Positions 24,967 to 38,503 of a DNA stretch of 64,000 nucleotides are shown in pieces (positions within the stretch are counted from its first letter, which is position 1; every line of letters begins with the position of its first letter). The position numbers and the translations under genes were made by a program. This DNA comes from Octopus sinensis (Eukaryota), in contig NC_043002.1 in assembly GCF_006345805.1 (NCBI RefSeq), positions 20,274,001 through 20,338,000 of the forward strand, written 5' to 3'. Below the pieces are notes generated by a model that ran no database searches, was not told where the DNA came from, and worked only from the letters and a program-made list of their open reading frames with translations.

Positions 24967-25022
24967 TAGAGAGAGAAAGAGGGAGAGAGAGAAAGTGAGA
25001 CAGAGAAAAAAAGAGAGAGAGA
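24835..25022. repeat. (GA)-rich microsatellite
   Basis: Direct inspection. Confidence 0.95.
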
Positions 25023-28000
25023 TTCAATGAATTCAGCTGTATTGATTTTCCAACAGAGAGTGTCAACAGATCATATGTTTCTAGATCAATCTATATTTAT
25101 TTTTCCAATAATCATTAAAGTTTCATAGACACATCTGCTGCAGGTGAGAATCACGACTGGTAACATGTAGCAAAATGAGGTTGCATTTACCTGGTCTCTT
25201 GGCTATCTAAGATTAGCAGCCAAGTTTCATTTAAATCACACCCTACTATCACGAAAAAGATACACTGGATTATGTAATCCTGAAGACACAAAAAAGATAT
25301 GACAGTCATGGCAAAAGCATCTTTGATCATTGACCAGTCCAGACCAGATTGACCCAAACAAAATGTGGAAGACAATGGAGATGTTGTGAAGTATATTTGC
25401 CACCTAAATGTGACTAACCCTTAAGGGTTGATGCTCCTGTAGCTTGTAGCCTCAGGAAAACATCTCCAGCTGGTTATTGACACACTGTGCCCTATCAGTA
25501 TTTGCAAAAGGAAGTCATCTTTCCCATCTCCAGCCTGACGTGATACACATCGACCCGAATTTCTGGGTATTGACCCGTCATCAGCGTGTGGCAACCACCG
25601 GTTGGCAATGGGAAATGATTCTTAGTGCAAATATATATATACTTTCTCCAATGACAAAAAGTCACTGATCTTGAAAAAGTGGAAACAAGCAATAATAATA
25701 ATGATAATAATAATAATAAATAAATAAGTTGTACCTAGAAACAAAACAATTCAACCCTGACTAAGACCTTCCAATCATGAAGTCTGTCTTTTTAGGACTA
25801 CATAATCTAATACATCCTTTCATTCTTTTACAACAACCAGGACAGGATTTGAGAGAGATTTGGTTGCTATTTCTGGTAGATCAAACAACCACATTGGGCT
25901 TCCAAGTTAGTTCAGGAAAATGAAGGGACAAAGTGAAGGTCTCAACCTAAACATTATTACATTAGCTATTTCTTCCACCTGCAAAAATACTTCCTTATTT
26001 CTGCTCCATTTTAAACTGAGTTTTAGCATAAGGTAATTATAATTAATCACCTTGAATAAAGGTGTAATGTCCAAAACATTAGAATATTGGATTTCACTCA
26101 AAATTTGTGGGCTTGAACCTACTTTAGAAATCATCATTATGTTGTTAGAGCTTAACCCCAAATCATCCCTAACTAACCATAAGTAAGAGTCATATATTGG
26201 GCTCGATTTAATCAAGTATTCCCCATCTCACCACAACCACCACCTACTTGAGTAGGTGAGAGTGGTAAGTATGGCCCAGATGAATGGACATATTTTCAGC
26301 ATATGCCTGTAAGCCAGTGAATACAACTGGGGAAGGCAATAAAGGCAAACTGGGATCTGTAAAGTTCCTTCATTGACCCCAGGTGCTTGTTTTCCCATTA
26401 CCATATTCATTTCCTTTTATGCTGTTATTTTTTCATGCCTGTTTTCTCAAACTCAATTATATATAACCCCTACTGTTTTTGTATTTTTTCTTTGCATCCC
26501 TTCATCTACCTCTCAATGGAAATGATGTTTGCCATGAATGCCTGTTTCACAGAGTTCAAGAAAATAAGTTATACTATGATTAGTTATTGGGAAAAAAAAA
26601 AGCTATTTTGTTTCATTTCTGATTCTGGACTATGACAAAGACTTTTGGGTTAATTAGAAATTCATTCCATTTCCTTGGAGTAGAAAAATCTTCGATTTGA
26701 CATTTCATTTAAGTGTATACATTTGACATCAGCCATTAGCAATATTTACTCACACTGCAAGATGGCCACCTCAGAAGTAGCAGGAAGAGATGCTCACTGT
26801 AAGGAGGATAGCAATAGCCTCGATAAGCAAACATTCCCCACTTCAATTATTTTTAAACAAAATTAGATCTGACTAAAAAAGAAAAAACAAAAGAAAAGTA
26901 TATGACCCACAATTATTTTTAAACAAAATCAGACTAGAATCTTGTAAACATTTAGACGGGGAAGTATAAATAGCCTAAACTGCAACAATAATCACAACAG
27001 CAGCCACATCTCATCATTTGCAAACATTGTAACAAGGAGGTCCTCGATATGAGAGAGGTTATGAGAAAGATAGTACCTTCTTGCTCAAGTAATTTAGCTA
27101 AGAAAGGTTGAGGGGAAAGTAATTATGCTTCTGTGTTGCAAATAACAGAAAATTTCTATGTCATCATAAGTGGAGTTAGAGGGAACTATGACTGATGAGC
27201 GAAAGGGCATATCGAGACCTGGTGACTGGTCACTAAAACTAGAGAATCATGTGAACAGACAAGCTTGGCTGGTGTATCATATGCCTGTCCACAGGTTAAT
27301 GTAGCAGTATATGGGGAAAAAAGAACATAAGTCCAAGCTAAGGATACTGACATCAACCCTTGGTTTGATGTCACATCTATAGCACTGAATAGGAAGGTGC
27401 TGAGAACAGAGGCAACCTGTAACTATGCGGTAGAGTGGGGTGTGTATGGTCCAAAAGACCTCTAAAAACCATAATGCTTGCTTAAAGTCATACCACATTA
27501 AGGGGAAACCCTTACTTCACAATGAGAATAAAGACTAAGGATAAATATCTAAGATATCCATATCGAAGCGACTTTCTCAAGAGTACAATTATTGTGAAAT
27601 GCCAAAATAAAGGTGATAAAACTCAAAGATTATGAATAAGGCAGGAAATATGGAAAGATATTCATTAAATGAAAAAAATAAAAAAAGATGTATGAAATAT
27701 TTTAGAATTTAGAAAATGTGGTGTTAAGCTATCTTAAAAAATTATAGGCTGATAATATAATTTTAGTTTGGAGAGTTTTTATACCAAAATACATGAAGTT
27801 GAATCCACACCTTATACAATGCTTTACATATTCGTAAAATTGCTTTAAGTTCGTCAAACATCAATATTTTTTTGTTCTTTAATCAGATATGTCACTGTTG
27901 CTGAGTAAAAATTTAAACAACTGTAAATGTAGTACGTCAATGAGTTCAAGTTTAGTATGCCAGATTATAGCAGAATCTCAAGAATGAGAATTTACTGAAG

Positions 28001-28812
28001 ACATTCTCCATTTTTAGCATTAAAAAGAAACTGGTTAAACTTGTGTAAAATTAAAATAAATTCTTGCTGAATATTGTTCTGTGAAAAAACAAAATCCTTG
28101 AAAAATTAGCAAATGTTCAAAATATAAAGCATAAACTGCAATATGTGAATAAAATACTATATACATGTATCCCTAGATTAATATACACATTCAATATATT
28201 TACTTTGATTTTATTATCATCATCATCTTTTAATGTCTGTTGTCCATGCTGGTATGGGTTGGACGGTTTGGCCAAGGTTGGTAAGCTGAGGGGCTGCATC
28301 AGACTCCAATCTGATTTGGCATGGTTTCTACGACTGGATGCCCTTCCTAATACCAAAATTATAAAAGCAAATATGTCATGTATTCTGTTTTTTGTAAGTG
28401 TTGCTTAATCCTAGATCAAATTGATCAGACCCCCTGATCAATTGTGTCCCAGCTATGACTGTCCTGTAATTTTGTACAAATAAGATGACACTGTTCAATG
28501 TAATGTCCCTTCTGATGAAGACAGTAGGATGTAATTTTAAAGACTGACTGTTATTGCTAAATGAAATTGCTTCAGTTATGTCCAAGGACTAAATGAACAA
28601 GATACTGATTTTCTTCATTTCCCAAATTCATTTGTAATTACTATAATAACAATATCATTATTGCCTTTCTTTCCTTACCATGAAATTGCTTTTCAATATC
28701 AAACTATTTTTGTCAGATATCAAGTTTTAAACATTATGTCACAATGACATCAAACAACTCTTTGGTATATCTATATAAAGAAGGTACAATCCTTTGATGG
28801 TGTACGTACATA

Positions 28813-29213
28813 GGCGCAGGTGTGGCTGTGTGGTAAGAAGCTTGCTTTCCAGCCACATGATTCCAGGTTCAGTCCCTCTGCGTGGCACCTTGGGCAAGTG
28901 TCTTCTACTATAGCCTTGGTCCGACCAAAAGCCTTGTGAGTGGATTTGGTTGATGGAAACTGAAAGAAGCCCATCGTATATATGTAAATATATATATGCG
29001 TGTGTGTGTTTGTGTGTCTGTGTTTGTCCCCCTAGCATTGCTTGACAACCGATGCTGGTGTGTTTATGTCCCCATTACTTAGCAGTTCGGCAAAAGAGAT
29101 CCAATAGAATAAGTACTGGGCTTACAAAAGAATAAGTCCCGGGGTCGAGTTGCTCGATTAAAAGCAGTGCTCCAGCATGGCCGCAGTCAAATGACTGAAA
29201 CAAGTAAAAGAGT
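28813..29213 (+). mobile_element. SINE family A, full length
   Basis: High identity to 19867-20278. Confidence 0.93.
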
Positions 29214-29439
29214 ACATCAATGAAGTGTAATTTGATATTTCATACTTCTGTTCATTACTGAATTGACTGCAGATAACCTATCCAGAGAAAACCTTTGCTT
29301 ATTGTGTAACTAGATTTATGATAGTAACTGCTACAATAATACATTGCATTGATCCTCCAAGTAATACAATACTAATGTACAGTGTTATAGGAGCATTGCT
29401 AAAATGTTTGTCTTTTTGTAGATATATGTCGTTATCTGT

Positions 29440-29720
29440 AGCATGTGAAGCCTAGTGATGAGGAAACTGCTAAAGACTTAATTTGTAATTGTAGTATCTG
29501 GAGCTGTAGTATATGGCATGGCCAACCACACTCAGGGAATGGATTCTAGCTCAGCAGTTTAAGCTAATGAAGGAAATGATGGAATATACAATGAAGCTTT
29601 TACTTACTGTGACAACAGATTCATGGCAGCATTGTTTGTATGATGTAGAGCAAATCAGTCTAGCAGGACTTAATCACTATCCCACTCAAAGCCCTATTCA
29701 AGGGATGGGTTAGAGATCAG
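29440..29720 (+). mobile_element. RTE-like LINE 3' relic
   Basis: WPTTLREWI...LTVTTDSWQHCL resembles the RTE C-terminal GRPxxTW...LAxDRxxWR. Confidence 0.45.
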
Positions 29721-29767
29721 TACTGTAAGCTAACAAAAACACTCATTGTACATATGTATGTACATCC

Positions 29768-29813
<46 letters not shown>

Positions 29814-29816
<3 letters not shown>

Positions 29817-30240
29817 GGGTTGGACAAAATAATGGAAACACCTAGCATCATAATTTTGAAATATCTTTAAAATTGTCAAAGACTTATTTATTTGGGGTTT
29901 TTTTATTTATTATTAGTGTTCCTTAATATGTTTTACTAAAATTGTTGTTCCTTTTCTGATATCAGAAGAAAAAGGTAATTAAAGTTCATTAAAATGACAG
30001 ATCAATCTGACTTTCAAAGAGGTCAAATTGTTGGTGCTCATATGGCAGATGCTAGCATAATGAAAACAGCTGAAATGTTTGGTATATCAAGAAGTACTGT
30101 CTCGAAAGTAATGATAGCCTTTGAGAAAGAAGGAAAAACCTCCCCGTCAAAACAAAAGTCTAGAAGAAAATCAAAACATTCAGATAGGGCCCGTCGGACT
30201 CTTACATGAATTGTTAGAAAGGATCACAAAAGTCAGTGCT
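29814..30240 (+). mobile_element. Tc1-family element, left TIR plus transposase N-terminus (truncated)
   Basis: TA|CAGGGGTTGGACAAAATAATGGAAACACC TIR; ORF MTDQSDFQRGQIVGAHMADASIMKTAEMFGISRSTVSKV (paired-like HTH of Tc1 transposases), with a stop at 30209. Confidence 0.9.
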
Positions 30241-30651
30241 AGAAGAAAAACAACCATCTTTGGTTTCAAGATGAAAGGTGTTCTTCCATTAGGATAATGC
30301 TCAACCACATACAGGGAAGATGATATTCCAAAGGCTGGAGCAGTTTGAATGAGAAATGATGCCCCACTTACTATATTCACTGCACATTACCCCATCTAAT
30401 TACTTATTCTGCCGTCTTCAATATCAATTTAGACAGAAAAAATATGAATTTTGTATCGAATCAGAACAGTACTGGAGAAGTATTTTCCATCACGGAAAAG
30501 TGAATTTTGGAGGAGGGGGCCTTGCAAGTTTATCAGATAGATGGAAGAGCATTGTAGAAAATAAAAGAGTATATTTTAGATTAAAAAAGAACTATTATAA
30601 TTTTGAAAAATAAATGTATAAAAAGACCACATTATTTATGGAATGACCCAG
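30240..30651 (+). mobile_element. Mariner-family 3' fragment with right end
   Basis: Degenerate DNAQPH...PHLLYSLHITPSNY (YSPDLAPSD-like)...GLASLSDRWKSIVENK; ends ATTATTTATGGAATGACCCAG|TA. Confidence 0.82.
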
Positions 30652-31799
30652 TACACATACACACACACAACTGTTTACAGTAAGGAACTGTTTAAAAACT
30701 CAGTTATTTACAGCTAGTTAGACTAAACAATAGGGAGTTTAGTATCTTGGCTATAGACTATTACTAATTAGTTACAGGTCAGCCCTAATCAAATATTTAT
30801 GATCAAAGATGTTTCAGTCACGACTATTCATGGCTGAACCAAAGTAAAGTTTGTCCAATGTGTCTTTTAATGAAGATAGTGCTGTGTGATATGAAGTAGA
30901 TTTAGCTGTTATTCCTTGCATCAACAAAAAAGAAAACCACCCTAGAGCGACAGAAAATGAACCATCAAACAACAGCTGTATTTCTCCAGCTTCTCTACAC
31001 TGTAACACTGTAAACAGCTGTGACTTTTGGCTTCAGACCCTACCAAATTCACTGCATCCAGCAATTAACAAAGCATTAGCACCCTATGACTAATGTATAT
31101 ACTATGTTACTTATTAGCACAGGCTGGAGAAACAGCTGTTGCTGATGGTGAATGTTATCACACCAGTGTGCGAGACTGACTCTGTTTGTGTGTGAGACAG
31201 ACTCTGTATGTGTGTGTGTGTGCAAGACTGACTGTGTGTGAGTTTTTAAGTGCAGAGGCACATACATACCTGTTTGTATACATCCGTATGCATATGTGTC
31301 AGTGTGTCTATGGGTTCAGATCTAGAAAACTATGAGAGAGAGAGAGGGGAGAGGGGCAGACAGATAAATAGAAAGATAGACAGACAGATAGATGGAGAAA
31401 GGGAGAGAGAAACAAACAGACAAAGCTAGACAGAAAGACAAACACAGGTAGATCTAGAATAACAAACTTAGCGTGTGACTATATCTGTGTATCTTTTTCT
31501 CATTTCAGTCATTGGACTCTGGCCATGCTAGAGCACTACCTTGAATTGTTTTAGTCAAACAAACCAGCCCAGTGTGTGTGTGTAGAGAGAGAGAGAGAGT
31601 GAGAGTTTGAAGTAGTGTACAGATATTGTATATTGAGAAAAAGGAGGCAGTAAGAATCCTGGATAATCCTTTATTAGCACTTTCATTAATTTTTATGATA
31701 GTTAAATTCCTCTCCTGTAATAGATGCAAAGACAAAAGAGAAATGCACGAAAAATGTTACTGGTTACAGCCACAATAGAAACAGGATATCTTCTGAATG

Positions 31800-31801
<2 letters not shown>

Positions 31802-31854
<53 letters not shown>

Positions 31855-31868
31855 TGTGTGTGTGTGTA
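31802..31868. repeat. (GA)n(GT)n microsatellite
   Basis: Direct inspection. Confidence 0.97.
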
Positions 31869-31946
31869 TTAAAATGAAGTTCATACTTCCATTTAAATCT
31901 CTTTGTATAAAATGTAAAAAAAAAATTAAACAAATTTAAACAAATA

Positions 31947-32313
31947 GGCATAGGAGTAGCTGTGTGGTAAGCAGCTTGCTTACCAACCACATGGTTCTGG
32001 GTTCAGTCCCACTGCGTGGCACCTAGGGCAAGTGTCTTCTACTATAGCCTCGGGCCAACCAAAGCCTTGTGAATGAATTTGGTAGATAGAAACGGAAAGA
32101 AACCCGTCGTATATATGTATATATAAGTATGTATGTGTATATGTTGTTTATCTGTGTTTGTACCTCCAGCATCGCTTGACAACCGATGCTGGTGTGTTTA
32201 GGTCCCCATAGAATAGGCTTACAAAGAATAAGTCCTGGGGTCTATTTGATTTGATTAAAGGCGGTGCTCCAGCATGGCCGCAGTCAAATGACTGAAACAA
32301 GTAAAAGAGTAAA
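31947..32313 (+). mobile_element. SINE family A, with internal deletion
   Basis: Same head and tail; part of the 3' body is missing. Confidence 0.9.
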
Positions 32314-32334
32314 TATGAATTTATAGTTGAAATT

Positions 32335-32470
32335 TATAGAAAAACAAAAGACAGACAGGTGTATGAACAACAAGAAGGTGTATCAGTTTGAAGCTCGGGA
32401 AAGTGAAAAAGCCTTTTATGTTTTGAGCCTACACCTTCAACAGAAAGGAATAAGAGAAAATTAAAAAGAG
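32335..32470 (-). mobile_element. Decayed copy of the 17.5-kb repeat
   Basis: Minus strand reads cctttctgttgaaggtgtaggctcaaaacataaaaggctttttcacttcccgagc. Confidence 0.65.
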
Positions 32471-32924
32471 AGAATAAAGAAAAAATAGTTCTGGGTTCAG
32501 TCCCACTGTGTAAGCATCTTCGGTAAGTATCTTCTACTATAACCTCAGGCCAACTAAAGTGTTGTGATTTGGTAGATGGAAACTGAAAGAAGCCTGTCAT
32601 ATATGGATAGATATTGTTGCTATTATGTTAAACTGTCGTATGTCCAAATTTGGCCAAATGCATTATTTTCATTATTTATTTTTGCTTGCAACAGCCAGTT
32701 CTTTTGGACAAACTATCGTATTTCCAGCTGCTACAGATGCTAAGGTGTCAAAAATTGTCAAAGTGTAATACAATGGTTTTGCTATGGAATGGTGAAACTA
32801 TTTTTTTGGTTTCTGAAAAAGCAACATTTTGGACTTACGACACTTTTGCATAATAGCAACAATATGAAGCCCCCCCCCCACCCCACCCAACCACCAATCT
32901 GGTGTAGGGTATGAAACACAATCT

Positions 32925-33480
32925 GGAAATGAAAGCTCAGTCCATGGAAGAACACCACACCTTTTCTGTAAAGACTAAAAAGAGCCAGCAATCAACACAG
33001 AGTCACGATGAAAGTTTTGAGGGATGACAAAGGTATCATTTTCCTTGATTTTCTAGAACATGGGTATAATGCATACAATAAGTGATACATTGAGACAAAT
33101 CTTTAGAAGGAAGAAACCAAACAAGAGTCTAAAGATGATCAACATTCACCATGACAATGTGTTACACATCTTTGGCAATGAATGAAGCAACTGGAAAATT
33201 GGGCTGATCAGTAGTCAGTCCCCAGTTTACCACACAGCTCAGATCTGGTACCCTACAACTTTCATCTGTTTGAGCAAATGGACAGTCTTGGAGAACAATG
33301 ATTTGATGACAAAAATGAGTTGGAAGTGGCTGTGAAAAAGTAGACAATAGTACACACCTTAATGTTTTTCCTAAGGGAATGTAAGAGTTGGGTTCAAGGA
33401 TGGTGCAAATGCAATTGCTCATGATAAAAACTATGTTGATTATAGTAGAAGATAACCACCAACATGTACAATCTGAATGA
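32925..33480 (+). mobile_element. Mariner transposase catalytic-domain relic
   Basis: Frameshifted D-KGIIFLDFL, IHHDN, and DLVPYNFHLF (DLAPSDFHLF-like) segments. Confidence 0.75.
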
Positions 33481-33568
33481 TGTGTCAGTTAATAAAAATG
33501 TTAGGCCCCCCCCCTTTGCATGACTTTCAGTGCAACCAACTGAATGTGTGTTTTATATATATATATTG

Positions 33569-33826
33569 TTGTGTCTGGGGAAAATCATTCTCTTTTAGTG
33601 CCTTATTATTTAACACACTCGCTGGTAAAGCTTCCACTCATTTTTCTAAAATTTCCGTTGCAAGATGCAACGAAAATTTTAGAAAGATAAATAAGTATAT
33701 GAGTGGAAAGTTTACTGGTGAGTGTTAAATAATAAGGTACCAAAAGAGAATGACTCTCTCCAAACAAAATATGCTTCAACACACAAACTCACATAAAGAA
33801 TCTTGCAAACCAAATCCAAAAACGAA
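33569..33826. mobile_element. Older, centre-deleted copy of the palindrome-plus-tail element
   Basis: Same arms (gtgtctgggg...gtgccttatt / aataagg.ac...gaatgactc) and the same tail (aatatgcttcaacacac..aagaatcttgcaaaccaaatccaaaaacgaa). Confidence 0.85.
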
Positions 33827-33857
<31 letters not shown>

Positions 33858-35058
33858 TGTGTAAATATTAGAAGAAAGAAAAGGGATTTTAAAAATCCTG
33901 GAAAATATCAATAAAGTACTCAGTATTAAAAGAATTTGGTTACCAATGCTCAGCAATGATATGTGAGAGAGAGAGAAATGGGTGGATAAAGATGGATGGA
34001 TGGGCAGACAGATGGATAGATATAGAGAGACAGACAGATGGATAGATATAGAGAGACAGACAGCTAAAGATGTTAGGATAAAGATAGATTGAGGGGAAAA
34101 ATTATTAAATAAAATGTTAGGAGAAAGAAAGTGGAGATGAAGATTATTAGAGAGACAAGTTGTTATACAGAGGGTAAATTAGAAAGATGGAGAAAGAAAA
34201 ATAGGAGAAAAAGTGTGAAAGAGAAGCAGAGAGTCCTGTTAAAACAATGGAGTTAAAAGACCAAACACCATCAGCCATTTGTGAAATAACAGTCAGAGCA
34301 GTGCAAACATAAAAATGCACTTATTTTTACACCTAAACAATGTGCAGTTCTAAACATGTCCAGAGCAATTTTCAATATTTCAGCACTGTTTGTAGATACA
34401 AACATGCATACATACTTTCATCAATGCTACACACACACACACACAACTACCACATTGGATACATACATACACACACATGGGATGGTATGGAGTATATTAC
34501 TACAAATACATACTACCATTACACACACCACTACACACAAACATACACTACCACCTCACCACATGCACTACTACTGCGCGCACACAACATTCAATATAAT
34601 AAACATCAAATAGCTTTTTCACTCGACACAAGAAACATAGGTCAATAAGTGAGCTTTGAGAGGTCACCTGGTTTGCTAGAAATAATTGTTAAACCTCTCT
34701 CAAATCACAGCCTACCAACTGTTAATAAAGGGGAAAAAAACAATGTAATATAGTACAATGAATGAAAAAGACAAAAAAAACCTTTGAGATGGTCATGGCT
34801 AAAACACTTGATCATAAGCCTGTTAAATCAGTGCCGACCTGGGGCTAAAGGCCGTATCTTGTTTGTCATGGCTGTTCATGTGGAACCCTTCAGCTGTTGA
34901 CATCATTCCAATTTATGAATGGAAACAAAACGGGTGTAAAGTAAAGGAAGTTTCCCATCTGGTTGCTATTAGCAACATATTGTTTACTATGTTCCAGGTC
35001 AAACAGTACATGCTTGGGGCACTGAAAACTAATGGAAATGGTAGAAGAGTTTAAAGAC

Positions 35059-35562
35059 TGAACTGAATTGTTAATTAATGTGGTTGTTAAACTCCTTGTC
35101 AGAATGTCTTCGTAAAATTTACATCAACACTTATAGTGTTGATGGAATCATGGTAGTTTGAATGTAAATATTGTGCTGATGTAAATAGTGTAGTGTGAAT
35201 GTAGTAGATATTGTAGAATTGATGTAAACAAGTCTCAAATTTCAGCACAAAGCCAGCAAGTTTAGGGGGTGGGTGGAAGTTGACTGCATTCACTCCAATG
35301 CTTAACTGGTACTTATGTTATTGATCCCTAAGAGGATAAAAAGTTAACTTGACTTCAGTGGGATTAGAACTCTGAACATCAAGTGCCGGAAGTGTGAATA
35401 ATATAACTTTAATGTTGTTGTGTGGCTGTATAAAGTGCATATGCAGGCGTTGTAGTGTAGATGTATATATTGTGTATGTAGAGGTATATAGTGTTGATGT
35501 AAATTTTACAAAGACATTTTGACAAGGAGTTTAACAACCACATTAATTAACAATTCAGTTCA
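35059..35562. mobile_element. MITE-like element with 72-bp inverted ends, SINE B fragment inside
   Basis: 35059-35130 is the reverse complement of 35491-35562 with about 2 mismatches. Confidence 0.75.
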
Positions 35563-36352
35563 AAAGAGGTTTTGTCCGCTGCCTTTTCTGATCATCTCAA
35601 TATGACTGAATGAGGTTATTATGATTAATATCTGGCTTGAACTGACAGTGTTAGTGAAGTAGGAATGATAAAATGTTGAACTCATTTTCTTGAAGCATTT
35701 AGTTACTTCTCTCACTATATTCTGAGATTTGATCTCATGACGACACTACCGGTCTCTCTTTCCAGAACAGGGTTAAGAACATTGCATTTTTCATAAATGG
35801 CTGTAAGTTATATGTCATCTATCTACTTGCATACCAATAAAAGACCTACCTACCTAAAAAGGAAAACCACTACCACATTCCTATACACCTGTAATTCAAA
35901 AGAAATAAACACCTCTAATGAGCAGGTAATGAAAGGCGAAACTATTCAAGTTACTCTGTCTATTCTCCTGAGAGCCTTGTGGTTTAACCATGGTTATATG
36001 TATGCTTATTATAGGCAGGCAAATAAAGAGTTACAAACCTATTCACAAAAATGCTATCTCAGCACTAACACATACGCACAAGTAATGTTCTAGCATATTC
36101 TGTTTATAAATCATCTACACAGCCTTTCAAACAAATGATATTTATTTTATAATACAATGTTCCTGTTTTCCTCATAATAAACTTTAGTACATCCTGACAT
36201 GCTGTTTACCCAACATTATGTCATTATCAATGTCCTCCGCAAGGTAAATTAACAGGAAGAAGGCATACTAACAAATGAGATACTGAACATGGAGAGAGTG
36301 TCTAGGGGGAATAAACAAAATAAAAAGATAAGATTAAGTATATACAGCATCT

Positions 36353-36401
<49 letters not shown>

Positions 36402-36504
36402 TGCCTGCTCACTGCCTTTAGAAAAGTAATTGTTCATACATACATATATAATTCTTCAAGCCTGCTACTTGTATAATTTTGGCATAAGGCAAGCAATTTA
36501 AGTG

Positions 36505-36870
36505 GGGAAGGAGTTGGTGAATAACATTAACCCCAGTACTTGGCTGGTACTTTATTTTATCAATTCCAAATGGATAAAAGGCAAAATTGACCTTGGCAGG
36601 ACTTGAACCCAGAATGTAAGGAGCCAGAAGAAATGCTAAACATTTTACCTTAATAATGGTTTGAAATTTCAGCACATTTCAGAGGAGAGGGTAGGTTGAT
36701 TACATTGACCCCAGGACTTAACTGGTACTTATTTTATTGACCCTGAAAGGATGACAGGCAAGGTCAACCTGGGCAGAATTTGAATTCAGAAGGTAAAGAT
36801 GGACAAGAAGCCACTAAGCATTTTGTGGAATGTACTAACAATTCTGCCAACTCACTGTGTTGCTGCCTTA
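36505..36870 (-). mobile_element. Two adjacent SINE family B copies
   Basis: Core ttattgacc...ggatgaaaggcaa..gacc occurs twice. Confidence 0.82.
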
Positions 36871-37238
36871 ACAATAAATGATCTTATTGTATACAGTATT
36901 GAGATAAAAGGAGGAACAGAAAACAGCAATAAGTCAGGTAAAGTAAGACAGCATTGAAAGCCAAAAGTACATATACAGTACACAGAATATAACACAAAAC
37001 AGAAAGTGAACAACAGAAAAGCCATGAAGAAGGGGTGCCCCCTAAATATACAACAGACACCAAAATCTATTGGCTAATGTACAGTATTTTATTCACTCAG
37101 CATGTGCACTTCAATATCACACTTCCCAATACACACACACACAGAGTACTGCCATATCTAATGTTATGAAAAACATTCAAGCCGCTTTATCAATCAGATG
37201 TGTGATATATATATATATATATATCACATATATATGTA

Positions 37239-37275
<37 letters not shown>

Positions 37276-38503
37276 GAGAGAGAGAGAGAGAGCTGTATGC
37301 TTACTGTTGTCTTCTACATGCTATTCTGTTGTTATTGTAAACAAACCGCCAGAATGACAGCAGACAGAACTGCAAAAATTAAACAGATTCCTAATCTAAG
37401 GCAAGAGCAGACCATACCTGACCTTTTACTTTGGAACAGTGTAGGTTCTAAGGTAAACAACAAAATATGTCTATCACAGGCCAAATTACACAATAAGACT
37501 CACCACATCACATCATCTTGTTTATTCATTAGTTAATATTGTCAGCCACGGGGTAATAAGAGATAACCCAAGGCACTAGAAGCAACAATATCTATGTCAG
37601 TACATGGGATGGTTCACCAATATCTACATCAGTACTTTCTTTGTTGTTATTCAAATTTAGTTGAAGTTAACTTTGCCTTTCCCATCCTTCCAGAGAGAAA
37701 TAACACTAATTGGACTGCATTCAATAATGTACACCTTCTCTCATTCCTGTACAGATATTTAACATAAAAGTTTATCAAAGGTTATCAAATGAAAGCAAAA
37801 TTTATTTTCTTTGCAATATTTTGTACTAATTATTATAGTTACCAGGGTCTGGAAGATAGTGTATTTATGTGAACCTATGGGTATGAAAATAGAATGGTTA
37901 TACATCTTTTTTCATATAACTTAATTTCCTTTTTTGTATAACTTATAGCTTACCTAACATATGACATATTGAATAAAGATTAGCCACATACTTCAGCCAT
38001 GATTTAAAAAATACATGTTGTAATTGAAAAGATAAATGGCTTGTCTTTATTTAATCATTGATAAAAAGAAAATATCTGAATTCCTAGCCTTATTAGTTTT
38101 CAAGATAAATTACTTAAATGTTTGTTCTGATATATCAAACACCTAAAACGTTAGGGTAAATGAAGGTAGAGGTACAAAGACCTCAGCTATTTATTATTGT
38201 TTGTAAGTAATGCTTGCCAGCTGTTCATGACCAGACCTTTGGCAAAGATAGCTGATAAAAAAAAATGATCAACAGTTTCTAACCAAGCAGGCAGTCCCAA
38301 AATTTTTGATATAGTATAGTGCAGTATAGGCAAGTTTGCTGAGGGAGATTTAGCTTTACTGGAGATTCGCTATGTAGGAAACCATCTTGTTGATTGCTCT
38401 TTTTAAACAAATCATTTGAGCATTGTTTCTGATCATGGAGCAAGCTTAATACTGCAGCATTTTATCCAAGGATTTAGGCTTTTAAACAGAAGTTATCCCC
38501 TAT

